A DNA stretch of 64,000 nt from an uncultured Dehalococcoidales bacterium (GCA_964396965.1 CAYNGD010000001.1:67596-131595), one strand, 5' to 3'. Numbered from the stretch's first letter, positions 44,691-53,750 are shown. Translations and numbers: made by a program. The notes: a model not told the origin generated them from the sequence alone.

Positions 44691-44750
44691 GAAGTAAGCA
44701 TTAAAGAATACTTTTGTCAACATAGTAGCATAAGAAAATACTCTTGTCAA
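44691..44750 (-). promoter_or_regulatory. Tandemly duplicated sigma-70-type promoter (30-bp period) reading toward the RHH gene and surface cluster
   Basis: The minus strand reads TTGACAagagtattttcttatgcTACTATg followed by TTGACAaaagtattctttaatgcTTACTTc. Each has a 17-nt spacer. Confidence 0.5.
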
Positions 44751-44886
44751 TACCACCAAAGGGGTAAATTTCCGGCTTTTTTTACAAAAATTAAACGCCA
44801 ATTCTATGGGCAATTAACCCCGCTTTCCTAAACTAAAAATAGAAGCTGGATGCCATTTAAATGGAAAAAAGGATTAAGGGAAGGAA

Positions 44887-45408
44887 ATGAAACGAGATAG
44901 TTTTACCGCTCTATTGTTCGGGGGACTGGGCATACTGCTGGCGTTGGCCCTGCTATCGGGCTGTACCTCATCGGAGGCCGCACCCGCCCAGCCGGTAGTA
45001 CCAGAGCCGCCTGAACTCAGCTACAGCGTTACCGTATCAGCGGTACCGATACAGATAAGCAGCGGCAACCTCCACTGGCAGAGAGAGCTGCCCGATGACA
45101 GCTACACCCTGGAGGACGTGACACTGGAAATCAACAATTTTGGCGATTCTGATATCCCGATTGCCCAGCTGGAGATAAGGGTTGACGATGACACCGCCCT
45201 GTTCAACATTGACCGGGTGGTAGCCGGTGGTGCGAAGGAGAGCCTAGCCCTACAGCCGATGATGGCCGGCTTTGACGGCGGTGTCCACCGTGTTTCCCTG
45301 TCCCTGCTGGACGATAAAGGCGGGATTTTATACCAGACTGAAGGCGAGGACATAGGCCCGCTGGAGCCGATACCGGGGACGGGCAGCTGGCAGTCTGTGC
45401 CAGGCTAA
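44887..45408 (+). CDS. Hypothetical lipoprotein
   Basis: 173 aa. Lipobox LALALLSGC. Confidence 0.65.
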   Translation: MKRDSFTALLFGGLGILLALALLSGCTSSEAAPAQPVVPEPPELSYSVTVSAVPIQISSGNLHWQRELPDDSYTLEDVTLEINNFGDSDIPIAQLEIRVDDDTALFNIDRVVAGGAKESLALQPMMAGFDGGVHRVSLSLLDDKGGILYQTEGEDIGPLEPIPGTGSWQSVPG

Positions 45409-45441
45409 CCCCAGCATAAAAAACAAAAGCGCCGCATTTAT

Positions 45442-45484
45442 CAGTGTCGGCTTCACTACAAAATAGTGAAGCCGACACTTGTTT
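45442..45484 (+). terminator. Intrinsic terminator
   Basis: AGTGTCGGCTTCACT-ACAAAAT-AGTGAAGCCGACACT (15-bp perfect stem) followed by TGTTTA. Confidence 0.75.
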
Positions 45485-45599
45485 ACGGCGGCGACAATGC
45501 ATTCTCTAACTGCCAACACTCAGGTCAACATTGTCGCTAAAAAGCGGCTAACCTGCTTCCCGTTCACCCCGCCGTGCCTCCTGACCAAGGATTCACCGG

Positions 45600-45654
45600 G
45601 TTTAACCAAAGTTTTACCAGATTTTAACAAATTCAAAACACAGCCTTAAACTTG
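45600..45654 (+). promoter_or_regulatory. Pho-box-like array: five 11-bp-phased TTAAC-type direct repeats upstream of pstS
   Basis: GTTTAACCAAA GTTTTACCAGA TTTTAACAAAT TCAAAACACAG CCTTAAACTTG, followed by a -10-like TGAATAAT. Confidence 0.6.
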
Positions 45655-45785
45655 ACCCTGAATAATAAAAGAGGAATGAAGTGCGAAAATGAAGTCCCAC
45701 GGGAGGAGGCCAAGGGTGTAGATGGCAAGAGTGAAGAAACAGAGGATTTGAGAAAGGGAAACAAGGAGGAAGAAATACACTTTTG

Positions 45786-46916
45786 ATGAACAGGATGAAA
45801 TGGTTCTCGTTAGCAATAACTCTAGCGCTACTTCTCACCATCGGGTTAGCCGGTTGCACTCAATCTTACGCACCGGTAGCCGGGGCGACGTCTAACCCGG
45901 CGACCAATCCTGCCCCGACATCAACGACAACCCAAGCGATGAGTCTGGACGGCGCAGGCGGCACATTTATCGCACCTTTGGCTACCAAGTGGTTCGACGA
46001 GTACTACAAACTCACCGGGGTCAAGGTGAACTATAACCCCATCGGCTCCGGGGGCGGCATCAAGGCCATCACCGACGGTACGGTAGACTTCGGCGAAAGT
46101 GACGCTATCCTGACGGACGCGCAGGTCGCCGCAGCCAAAGCCGCCGGCGGTCCCATCCTGCATATCCCGATGACCAGCGGCGCGGTGGCCATCTGCTATA
46201 ACCTACCGGACATCGCCTCGGGGCAGATGAAGCTGACCCCGGATGTCCTGGCAAATATCTACCTTGGTAAGATAACCAAGTGGAACGACCCCGCCATCAC
46301 CGACATCAACCCCGGTCTCAACCTGCCCAACACCGACATCGCCGTGGTGCACCGCTCCGACGGCTCAGGCACCACCTTCATCTTCACCAACTACCTTTCC
46401 AAGGTAAGCGATGAATGGCAGACTGAGGTCGGCAATGCTACGTCGGTGGACTGGCCGGTTGGCATCGGCGGCGAGAAGAATGCTGGTGTGGCCGGGCAGA
46501 TAAAGCAGATACCCGGTGCCATCGGCTACATCGAGCTGGCCTACTCCATGCAGAACAACATCCCCTACGTCCTGCTGCAGAACGCCTCCGGCGACTACAT
46601 CGCCCCCTCGCTAGAGGCCACCACCAAGGCCGCCGAGGGCGTATCATTACCCGACGACATGAAGGTCATGATTACCAACTCTACCAATCCAGATGCTTAT
46701 CCGATTGCCGGCTTCACCTGGATACTGGCCTTCCAGAACCAGAAAGACCAGGCCAAGGGCCTGGCCCTGGTGAACATGCTCTGGTGGGCGATTCACGATG
46801 GTCAGCAATATGGCAACGCGCTGGACTATGCGCCGCTATCAAGCGATGCCGTCAAGAAAGCAGAGAACGAAATACTCTCCATCAGCTACCAGGGACAACC
46901 TCTGCTCAAACGCTAA
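45786..46916 (+). CDS. pstS: Phosphate ABC transporter substrate-binding protein
   Basis: About 376 aa. Lipobox LTIGLAGC. GAGGTFIAPL, HRSDGSGTTFIFTNYL. The start is uncertain (TTG 45783, ATG 45786 or ATG 45795). Confidence 0.92.
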   Translation: MNRMKWFSLAITLALLLTIGLAGCTQSYAPVAGATSNPATNPAPTSTTTQAMSLDGAGGTFIAPLATKWFDEYYKLTGVKVNYNPIGSGGGIKAITDGTVDFGESDAILTDAQVAAAKAAGGPILHIPMTSGAVAICYNLPDIASGQMKLTPDVLANIYLGKITKWNDPAITDINPGLNLPNTDIAVVHRSDGSGTTFIFTNYLSKVSDEWQTEVGNATSVDWPVGIGGEKNAGVAGQIKQIPGAIGYIELAYSMQNNIPYVLLQNASGDYIAPSLEATTKAAEGVSLPDDMKVMITNSTNPDAYPIAGFTWILAFQNQKDQAKGLALVNMLWWAIHDGQQYGNALDYAPLSSDAVKKAENEILSISYQGQPLLKR

Positions 46917-47039
46917 CCAGAGCAGTGGTACAGTAGTAAATGCGGGCGGTCAAAAACTTGCCTGCATTTGCTGTTGTCTTCGTGTCGGTGGTCTAAGCAG
47001 AAGAACGGAGAGGGCGGTACGAAAGCAGTGGCAAGACAG

Positions 47040-47981
47040 ATGACGGTCGGGAAAATTTCCCGACACCGGCGTTTTGGCGACAGAATCTTCGCCAACCTCA
47101 CCCTGTTCTTTGCCTGCGTTATCGTTGCCATACTGATAGGTATGGTCATCGCCCTTAACATCGACGCCATGCCGGCTCTCCGCAAGTTTGGCATCGACTT
47201 TATTGGGAGCATGTCATGGAACGCCGTCACCGGCGAGTTTGGCGCCCTGCCGGCCATATATGGCACGCTGCTGAGTTCAGCCATCGGCCTTATCATTGCC
47301 GTACCGACAAGTCTGGGGGCGGCCATTTTCCTGGTAGAGCTGGCGCCTGGCTGGATACGCGGGCCCGGCTCCTTCCTTATTGAGATGCTGGCGGCGATAC
47401 CCAGCGTCATCATCGGTCTTTGGGGCCTGTTTATCCTGGTACCCTTTGTCCGAGAGCCGATTGAGAAATGGCTGGGGGCAAATCTGGGCTTCATACCCCT
47501 TTTCCAGGGGCCACCATTTGGGCTCGGTTTTCTGGCGGCGGGCATAATTCTGGCCATCATGGTCATACCTATCATAACGGCGATGAGCCGTGATGTCATG
47601 CAGGCGGTCCCCGCTAGCCAGCGTGAGGCCATACTGGCACTGGGAGCCACGCGCTGGGAGATGATTCGGGGGGCAGTGCTCCCCTACTGTCGTTCGGGCC
47701 TGGTAGGAGCGGTAATACTCGGGCTGGGCCGTGCCCTGGGCGAGACAATGGCGGTGACTATGGTCATCGGCAATAAATACGTGGTAACCGCGTCGCTCTT
47801 TTCCCCGGGTACCACCATCGCCAGCAAGATTGCCGGCGAGTTCGGTGAGGCAACCGGCAACCTCTTTATCGGCAGCCTGGTGGAACTGGCGCTGGTGCTG
47901 TTTGCCGTAACGATGCTGGTCAATATTATCGCTCGCTTGATGGTATGGCGCCTGACGGCGGTAAAGGCGGAACAGGAATAG
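47040..47981 (+). CDS. pstC: Phosphate ABC transporter permease PstC
   Basis: I trimmed the track ORF to the ATG at 47040 (MTVGKISRHRRFGDRIF...). Multi-pass permease with the EAA-loop-like REAILALGATRWEMI. Confidence 0.9.
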   Translation: MTVGKISRHRRFGDRIFANLTLFFACVIVAILIGMVIALNIDAMPALRKFGIDFIGSMSWNAVTGEFGALPAIYGTLLSSAIGLIIAVPTSLGAAIFLVELAPGWIRGPGSFLIEMLAAIPSVIIGLWGLFILVPFVREPIEKWLGANLGFIPLFQGPPFGLGFLAAGIILAIMVIPIITAMSRDVMQAVPASQREAILALGATRWEMIRGAVLPYCRSGLVGAVILGLGRALGETMAVTMVIGNKYVVTASLFSPGTTIASKIAGEFGEATGNLFIGSLVELALVLFAVTMLVNIIARLMVWRLTAVKAEQE

Positions 47982-47985
47982 TAAG

Positions 47986-48828
47986 ATGCCAGAGAGTAGT
48001 TACTTACGCCGGAAATGGTTTAGCCGCCTGATGCTGGCCTTGAGCGGAGTCGCCGCCGGTATCAGTATCGCCATGCTGGCCTTAATCCTGGGGTACACCC
48101 TGGCCCACGGCATCGCCTACCTCAACCTGGACCTGCTTACTAATGCGGCCAAGCCAGCCGGAGAAATTGGCGGGGGAATGCGCAATGAAATCATCGGAAC
48201 CCTTATCCTGGTGGCCATGGCTTCGGTACTGGCGCTGCCGGTGGGGCTGATGGCGGGCGTCTTCCTCTCCGATTTTGCCAGCGCCCGGATGGCGTCTGCC
48301 GTCCGGTTTGTCGCCGATATCCTAGCCGGCGTGCCCTCAATAGTCGTCGGTGTCTTCGCTTATGCTATCGTGGTACGCCCGATGCACTCCTACTCGGCGC
48401 TGTCGGGAGGGGTGGCGCTGGCGATCATCATGATACCTATCGTTGCCCGCACTGCCGAAGAGTCCCTGCGGCTGGTGCCGAACTCGATGCGTGAAGCGGC
48501 GCTGGCCCTGGGCATCACCCGCTGGCGGGCGGTGATGGGGGTGGTCGTACCGGGGGCACTGACCGGTATTGTCACCGGAGTCATGCTGGCGGTGGCACGC
48601 ATCGCCGGGGAGACAGCCCCGCTATTATTCACCGCGTTCGGCAGCTACTTCGGGTTTGAGAGCCTGAGCAAGCCAATAGGGGCCTTGCCCCTCTCGATAT
48701 ACCGCTATGCCCTGTCGGCGTACAGTGACCAGAACCAGCTGGCCTGGGCAGGTGCTTTCTTACTGATAATGCTGGTCCTGGGTATAAGTGTCGTAGTGCG
48801 CTTGATTAGCCGCCGGAGGAGGATATAA
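47986..48828 (+). CDS. pstA: Phosphate ABC transporter permease PstA
   Basis: 280 aa. REAALALGITRWRAVMGVVVP. Confidence 0.9.
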   Translation: MPESSYLRRKWFSRLMLALSGVAAGISIAMLALILGYTLAHGIAYLNLDLLTNAAKPAGEIGGGMRNEIIGTLILVAMASVLALPVGLMAGVFLSDFASARMASAVRFVADILAGVPSIVVGVFAYAIVVRPMHSYSALSGGVALAIIMIPIVARTAEESLRLVPNSMREAALALGITRWRAVMGVVVPGALTGIVTGVMLAVARIAGETAPLLFTAFGSYFGFESLSKPIGALPLSIYRYALSAYSDQNQLAWAGAFLLIMLVLGISVVVRLISRRRRI

Positions 48829-48843
48829 CCCCTCCGGGAGGAC

Positions 48844-49701
48844 TTGAGAAAGGAAAGACAAATGGTTATGCTGAATGGTATGGATAGAACCAAGACAGAC
48901 CAACTTCCCCTCCAGCCTGAAGATAAGGCCGGTATCCTGAAGGTGGAGAACCTGAGCGCCTGGTACGGCGATACTCTGGCCATCAAGAACGTCAGCCTGC
49001 TTATCTCGGCACGGGCGATAACGGCCATCATTGGCCCTTCCGGATGCGGCAAGTCAACCTTTATCCGGTGCCTGAACCGTCTGCACGAGGCTTCCAATGG
49101 GGGACGGATAGCCGGACGTGTTTTACTTAACGGCCAAGATATCTACGACCGTAATGTTGATCCCGTGGTGATACGCCGGCGCATCGGTATGGTCTTCCAG
49201 AAACCAAGCCCTTTCCCCACCATGTCCGTTTTTGACAATGTGGCCGCCGGTCTGCGGCTGACGCGCCTCTGGAGCCGCCACGGAGAGCTGGCGGAGGTGG
49301 TGGAACGCAGCCTGCGCCATGCCGCTCTGTGGGACGAGGTCAAGGATAAGCTCAACCAGTCGGGGGCTTCCCTTTCCGGCGGGCAGCAGCAGCGGCTCTG
49401 CATCGCCCGGGCGCTGGCCGTGGAGCCGGAGATAATACTCCTTGACGAGCCGTGCAGCGCCCTAGACCCGGTGGCGACACTCAAGATTGAGGACTTAATG
49501 AGAAACCTAGCCCGGGAATACACCATCGTCATCGTCACCCATAACATGCAGCAGGCGGCGCGCGTGTCGGATATGACCGCTTTCATGCTCATGGACAGCG
49601 ACCGCGCCGGCATGCTGATAGAATACGGGGCGACCGCCAATCTCTTCGCCAACCCTAAAGACAAACGCACCGAAGACTATATCACCGGGCGCTTCGGCTA
49701 A
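48844..49701 (+). CDS. pstB: Phosphate ABC transporter ATP-binding protein
   Basis: Walker [10 protein letters not shown], signature [15 protein letters not shown], Walker B ILLDEP. The exact start is uncertain (TTG 48844 or a downstream ATG). Confidence 0.92.
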   Translation: MRKERQMVMLNGMDRTKTDQLPLQPEDKAGILKVENLSAWYGDTLAIKNVSLLISARAITAIIGPSGCGKSTFIRCLNRLHEASNGGRIAGRVLLNGQDIYDRNVDPVVIRRRIGMVFQKPSPFPTMSVFDNVAAGLRLTRLWSRHGELAEVVERSLRHAALWDEVKDKLNQSGASLSGGQQQRLCIARALAVEPEIILLDEPCSALDPVATLKIEDLMRNLAREYTIVIVTHNMQQAARVSDMTAFMLMDSDRAGMLIEYGATANLFANPKDKRTEDYITGRFG

Positions 49702-49723
49702 CTAGAAGGAGGTCTTTTTAAAA

Positions 49724-50392
49724 ATGGAGATAAGAACAGCCTTTCACAGGAAGCTGCAGGAGATACACAACGATGTCCTGTTCATGGGTAGTATGGTGGA
49801 AAAGGCAATCCTCTCGTCGGTCAAAGCACTGAAAAACCGAGACCTGGGACTGGCCGAGCAGGTAATCGCTGACGACGAGAATATCAATGCCAAGAGATTT
49901 GAAATAGAGAACAAGTGCATCCAGCTTATTGTCACCCAGCAGCCGATGGCCGGTGACCTGCGGGTCATTATGGCGGTAGCTAACGTGATAACCGAGCTCG
50001 AGAGAATCGGCGATTACGCCGAGGGTATCGCCAAGATCGTCATCATGATTGGTGACGAGGCGCCTCTAAAACCCCTCATCGATGTTCCCCGTATGGCAGA
50101 AAAGACAGTGGATATGCTGCACCGCAGCCTGGAGGCTTTTGTTAATCATGACGCCGATGCCGCACGGCGGATAGTAACCGAGGATGACGAAGTGGACAAC
50201 CTTTACAGCCAGGTCTTTAGAGAACTACTCACCTTCATGGCAGAAGATCCCAAGACAATCACTCGAGCGACTCGTCTCATCTGGGTTTCTCACAATCTGG
50301 AACGTGCCGCCGACCGCGTCACCAATATCTGCGAGCGGGTGGTCTTTACCGTCACCGGGGAAATGGATGAGATAGGCGCCTCCAAATACTAA
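49724..50392 (+). CDS. phoU: Phosphate signalling complex protein PhoU
   Basis: 222 aa. Two PhoU repeats (ERIGDYAEGIAK and LERAADRVTNICE). Confidence 0.92.
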   Translation: MEIRTAFHRKLQEIHNDVLFMGSMVEKAILSSVKALKNRDLGLAEQVIADDENINAKRFEIENKCIQLIVTQQPMAGDLRVIMAVANVITELERIGDYAEGIAKIVIMIGDEAPLKPLIDVPRMAEKTVDMLHRSLEAFVNHDADAARRIVTEDDEVDNLYSQVFRELLTFMAEDPKTITRATRLIWVSHNLERAADRVTNICERVVFTVTGEMDEIGASKY

Positions 50393-50429
50393 ATTCACCG
50401 CCTTGAAACGTAGTGGCCAGCCCGCCAGG

Positions 50430-50495
50430 CCTTAACCAGGATTTAAACAAAAAATAACCATCCCCTAACCGGCCCTTAACACAGCCTTAAACCAT
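50430..50495 (+). promoter_or_regulatory. Second Pho-box-like array: six 11-bp-phased TTAAC/TAACC repeats downstream of phoU
   Basis: CCTTAACCAGG ATTTAAACAAA AAATAACCATC CCCTAACCGGC CCTTAACACAG CCTTAAACCAT. It shares the 15-mer AACACAGCCTTAAAC with the pstS site. Confidence 0.55.
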
Positions 50496-50545
50496 TGATG
50501 TTATTCTGAAGATGGAGCATTAGTTGGAGGGAATGACATCGACCT

Positions 50546-50800
50546 ATGAATCGCACTATGGAAACAGAGACTAACCATCGAAAGCAAAGACAAACTGCGA
50601 CATATAGAAAGTATGAGGTCAGCTCTAAAAGCTGCGAGGTTAAATTAGGCGAGTTTGTTTCGCCGGAAACAGTCATCGGCAGGCACTTCGCCAGCGGCCA
50701 GGCGGTCCAGGCCGGTATCTTCGGACAGATTGCCACCATCTATTTCAACCCGATGCATGATTCGCTACTGATACTGGCTGTGTCCGGAAGCAGCAACTAA
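50546..50800 (+). CDS. Hypothetical 84-aa protein downstream of the second Pho-box array
   Basis: The call rests on the ORF alone. GGAGGG lies 14-16 nt upstream, which is long spacing. I recognise no motif. An 87-aa antisense ORF overlaps it. Confidence 0.3.
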   Translation: MNRTMETETNHRKQRQTATYRKYEVSSKSCEVKLGEFVSPETVIGRHFASGQAVQAGIFGQIATIYFNPMHDSLLILAVSGSSN

Positions 50801-51195
50801 AAGACAACTCGGCCATGACAGCCAGTCTCCAGAGAATAGCCCTATTGATTAGTGGCTAAGTCTCCTCCCCAAACGCTTCAGGCTTAGTGAATGTCTTCTG
50901 GTTTGTGACCAGAACCCCCCGCCAGCAAGGCTATATTCAAGCGCCGCATAAGAAAGATACTGAGAACTGCGCCAAATTATGCCAAAATAACAGCAGCCAT
51001 GCCCAAAGGAAATAGAAAGTTTGTCTGGTCTGGCGCCATCCTTCTGGCCATCATAGTGATAGGCACGAGGGACCATTATATCGTACGCGGCCTCGGCTCG
51101 GTGGAATAGCAGGCTCCGCCGCTTTAAGTACATACCAGAGGGTAGTAGAATGGAGTTAGTAAAGAAATAAGCTGAAACCGGTGGAGGAGAGAACC

Positions 51196-51828
51196 ATGAA
51201 AACAGTGGGTAAACTGATTATTTTCGAACATCTGAAAGAAATTGTTGACCCAGAACATACCTCTTTAGTCCTCTGGGACTGTCAAAACGGACTGGTCAAC
51301 AACATCTTCAATCGTGATGACTACCTACTAAACCTGAAAACGCTGCTTACCGCCGCCCGCCGTCAAAAAATTCCTGTAATCTATACCAAGATTACGCCGT
51401 TGCCCACCGGCTACCAGTCTGCCTGGAGTATTTACCAAGGTATGAAGCGTTTCAATGTGGACGACCCATCAAAAATCCCCGTTTTCATGAAGCCAGGCAG
51501 TCCCGAAGCTGAAATTAGCACGGAGTTGGCCCCCAACGAGGGCGAGATAGTTCTTAACAAGCATACAGCCAACATCTTCTTCGGCACCAACTTTGAGCAG
51601 TTGATGCGTTTCCATGGCGTGCAGACTATCCTCTTTACTGGCATTGCCACCGAATACGGCGTGGAGCACAGTGCCCGTGAGGCTTCAATCCGCGGTTTCT
51701 ATACTATCGTCGTCTCAGACTGTGTCTCGTCGAGCAACAAGACAGCGCACGAAATGGCACTCAAAATCATGCCTCGTATGTGTCTGGTGCTACCCTCGAA
51801 GGGTATTATCAAGGAATGGGCGGTATAG
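51196..51828 (+). CDS. Isochorismatase-family cysteine hydrolase
   Basis: I trimmed the track ORF to the ATG at 51196 (GGAGGAG upstream). LVLWDCQNG (Asp), a conserved Lys region, and a Cys in VVSDCVSS. Confidence 0.8.
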   Translation: MKTVGKLIIFEHLKEIVDPEHTSLVLWDCQNGLVNNIFNRDDYLLNLKTLLTAARRQKIPVIYTKITPLPTGYQSAWSIYQGMKRFNVDDPSKIPVFMKPGSPEAEISTELAPNEGEIVLNKHTANIFFGTNFEQLMRFHGVQTILFTGIATEYGVEHSAREASIRGFYTIVVSDCVSSSNKTAHEMALKIMPRMCLVLPSKGIIKEWAV

Positions 51829-51987
51829 CTTTTCCGCAGCTCAAGTTTCCACCGGTGGCTGCTCGTTGACATGCTCCATAGCTGTGATTATAATCAGAAT
51901 GTCAAAACCTCGGGATGTGGGCGACGAAGCGATACGCTACTCCCCCCAAAAATTGTGGCATCACCGTGGTTTGCTTGAAGCTAAAGC

Positions 51988-52030
51988 GGGCCGCTAGCTC
52001 AACTGGCAGAGCAGCTGACTCTTAATCAGG
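51988..52030 (+). pseudogene. Truncated tRNA-Lys(CUU): 5' half only (acceptor 5' strand, D-arm, anticodon arm)
   Basis: GGGCCGC-TA-GCTC-AACTGGCA-GAGC-A-GCTGA-CTCTTAA-TCAGg. The anticodon CTT is at 52021-52023. No variable loop, T-arm or acceptor 3' strand follows, and the last stem base is mismatched. Confidence 0.75.
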
Positions 52031-52049
52031 GAATGAGGGAAATTCTGGT

Positions 52050-52173
52050 TGACAAAAGTGCAATTTTCAATGACATTTTGTCATCTTTAGATACGAAGCT
52101 GTCCAAAATGCTGTCCAATAAGTGCTGTCCTGTCTGGGGGATGCTGACCTAAATGTTAGCAAAATGTTAGCAA
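52050..52173 (+). repeat. Cluster of short repeats next to the tRNA fragment (att/arm-site-like)
   Basis: Inverted repeat TGACAAAA (52050-52057) / TTTTGTCA (52076-52083). GCTGTCC occurs three times (52098, 52110, 52124). A perfect tandem AATGTTAGCAA x2 lies at 52152-52173. Confidence 0.7.
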
Positions 52174-52656
52174 AAATGCGTACCCTTTACTCCCCGGCTG
52201 CCCTGTGGTAGCCTGTGCGGGGTGGTCTGGCGCCATGGTCAGGATAAAGAAGTATCGCCTGCCGGCAACAGGAGCACAGGAGTATGTCTGCCAGTGCCCG
52301 CGCAGCCTGACCCTTGAGACCCTGTGGTTCAGGGGTGGTGTCCTGGTCCCGACAAAGAAGTTCAGCCAGGGGGAAGACGGCAGCATCTATCATGATTGTA
52401 ACCGGGGCTCAGCTAGGCCGTGCCGACTGTTCTCCACGTGGAAGGTAAAGCCCCGGATGTTGTAACCGTAAAAAGGTGTATGCCATACACCTTTGTTGTC
52501 ATATCTAAAGCCAATGACCAAGAGTAAACGGCAAAAAGAACTGTCTAAAGATAGATTGAGAGTCTGGATTTAACCACCACCGCCGAGCTAAGAAAGACTT
52601 GCATTTTACGCCGTGCTGGAATAATCTGTATTAGGAGCAGCAGTTAGGAGATTGCA

Positions 52657-53289
52657 TTGGGAGAAGGGAAAGCGAAACCAAGGATTTCACTTTTAGCCAA
52701 CGATATCTTTGTAAAAGCGCCCTGTGTCATGTGTGGCAAGTCTTTTAAAACAGGAGAGATTTTGCCTACGCTTTACGAAGAAGATGGGCTTGGCGGCTAT
52801 GTTTGCGATGACTGTGCTTATGAACCACAGAACTACGCCGCCAAACTAAGAGCGCAAGCCGAGGACTTGGAAAATGAAGCTCAAGGCTTGGCGGCGTGGC
52901 TTAGGAGCTTAGCTGACTCTGGTATCGAGCCACCGGATGCTGACTATAGACTGGAATTGGAGAGCCTTATCGCCGTAGGAGACTCTAAGGAGACCGAGAA
53001 GTTAAATGCTGCGGAGCAGGAAAAGGACCTGCCTGCGGAGAATTTGAAGGGCAAGAAGTTTCTAGGCCTTACCTGGGACGGAGGTGGCAAAAAGTTAGTT
53101 CTCCTCTTCGAGGGGGACAGGATTCTGTGGATTGCACCGGCTAGGAAAGGGGAAGAGGGTGAGGAGCTTGTTGTCGATACAGATGCCGCGTTGATCCTTG
53201 GAGAGGGCCCCCGCGGTGATGAGCTTATTGACCACACCAAGGGATACTTCGGGCCTGCCCCGGGGACTGCATTGCACAAGTGGAGTTAG
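52657..53289 (+). CDS. Hypothetical protein with an N-terminal CxxC...CxxC zinc-ribbon-like motif
   Basis: 210 aa, TTG start. CVMCGKSF...CDDCAY. Confidence 0.5.
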   Translation: MGEGKAKPRISLLANDIFVKAPCVMCGKSFKTGEILPTLYEEDGLGGYVCDDCAYEPQNYAAKLRAQAEDLENEAQGLAAWLRSLADSGIEPPDADYRLELESLIAVGDSKETEKLNAAEQEKDLPAENLKGKKFLGLTWDGGGKKLVLLFEGDRILWIAPARKGEEGEELVVDTDAALILGEGPRGDELIDHTKGYFGPAPGTALHKWS

Positions 53290-53359
53290 TCTGAGCAGTG
53301 GAACGGCCTAATCTACTTCAGCGTTACCTGCCTTACCCTTAACCCAATCCCTCTTTCCC

Positions 53360-53685
53360 TATCGGGGATTCTAGCGGAAGGAATGTCCCATAGCCCCCAA
53401 CAATGTCAAAGCTAGTTGGTCCCATACACCATAGCTGGCCGTTGCCATTATGTCCCATATGCTCGCCTCCAGTTGTTAACGGTCTGGAAACTGGACCGCG
53501 GTAGATTTTCATCCAAAATGCAGCAGCTGGAATGTGAGTCGAGAATAAGTGTAACTGGCGGAAGCTGAACTGATTTTATTTTTTCGTCTTATCCTCCACT
53601 AAGCGCCGTTGGAACCAGTGGGAAGATGATTATATCTAGCACTGCTACCAAATTCTGGGCAGATAGATTGATTGGCGTGTAACCT
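53360..53685 (+). repeat. Long non-coding direct repeat, copy A (about 326 bp)
   Basis: Aligns block by block with 55183-55665 (for example ACACCATAGCTGGCCGTTGCCATTATGTCCCATATGCTCGCCTCCAGTTGTTAACGGTCTGG). No conserved reading frame on either strand. Confidence 0.8.
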
Positions 53686-53750
53686 AATCCTTAAACAACC
53701 TCTCCCCCGGGCGGGGTGAGAATGGTAGGTCTGCGAAACAGAGGAAGATT

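Noticed and set aside
50849-51133. 94-aa minus-strand ORF in the gap between the Pho-box region and the isochorismatase gene.
   Set aside because: It has no RBS and no recognisable motif, its composition is atypical, and alternative frames are equally open. The region may be non-coding.
51988-52060. An intact tRNA-Lys interrupted by a group I intron.
   Set aside because: Bacterial tRNA group I introns sit inside the anticodon loop. Here similarity ends after the 3' strand of the anticodon stem, and I found no downstream T-arm or acceptor 3' half or intron-like core in the window.
52187-52465. GC-rich overlapping ORFs (68, 76 and 86 aa) next to the tRNA fragment, considered as remnants of an integrase.
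   Set aside because: I could not recognise any recombinase motif (no R..HxxR..Y tyrosine-recombinase pattern and no serine-recombinase N-terminus). The three ORFs overlap one another and cannot be discriminated.
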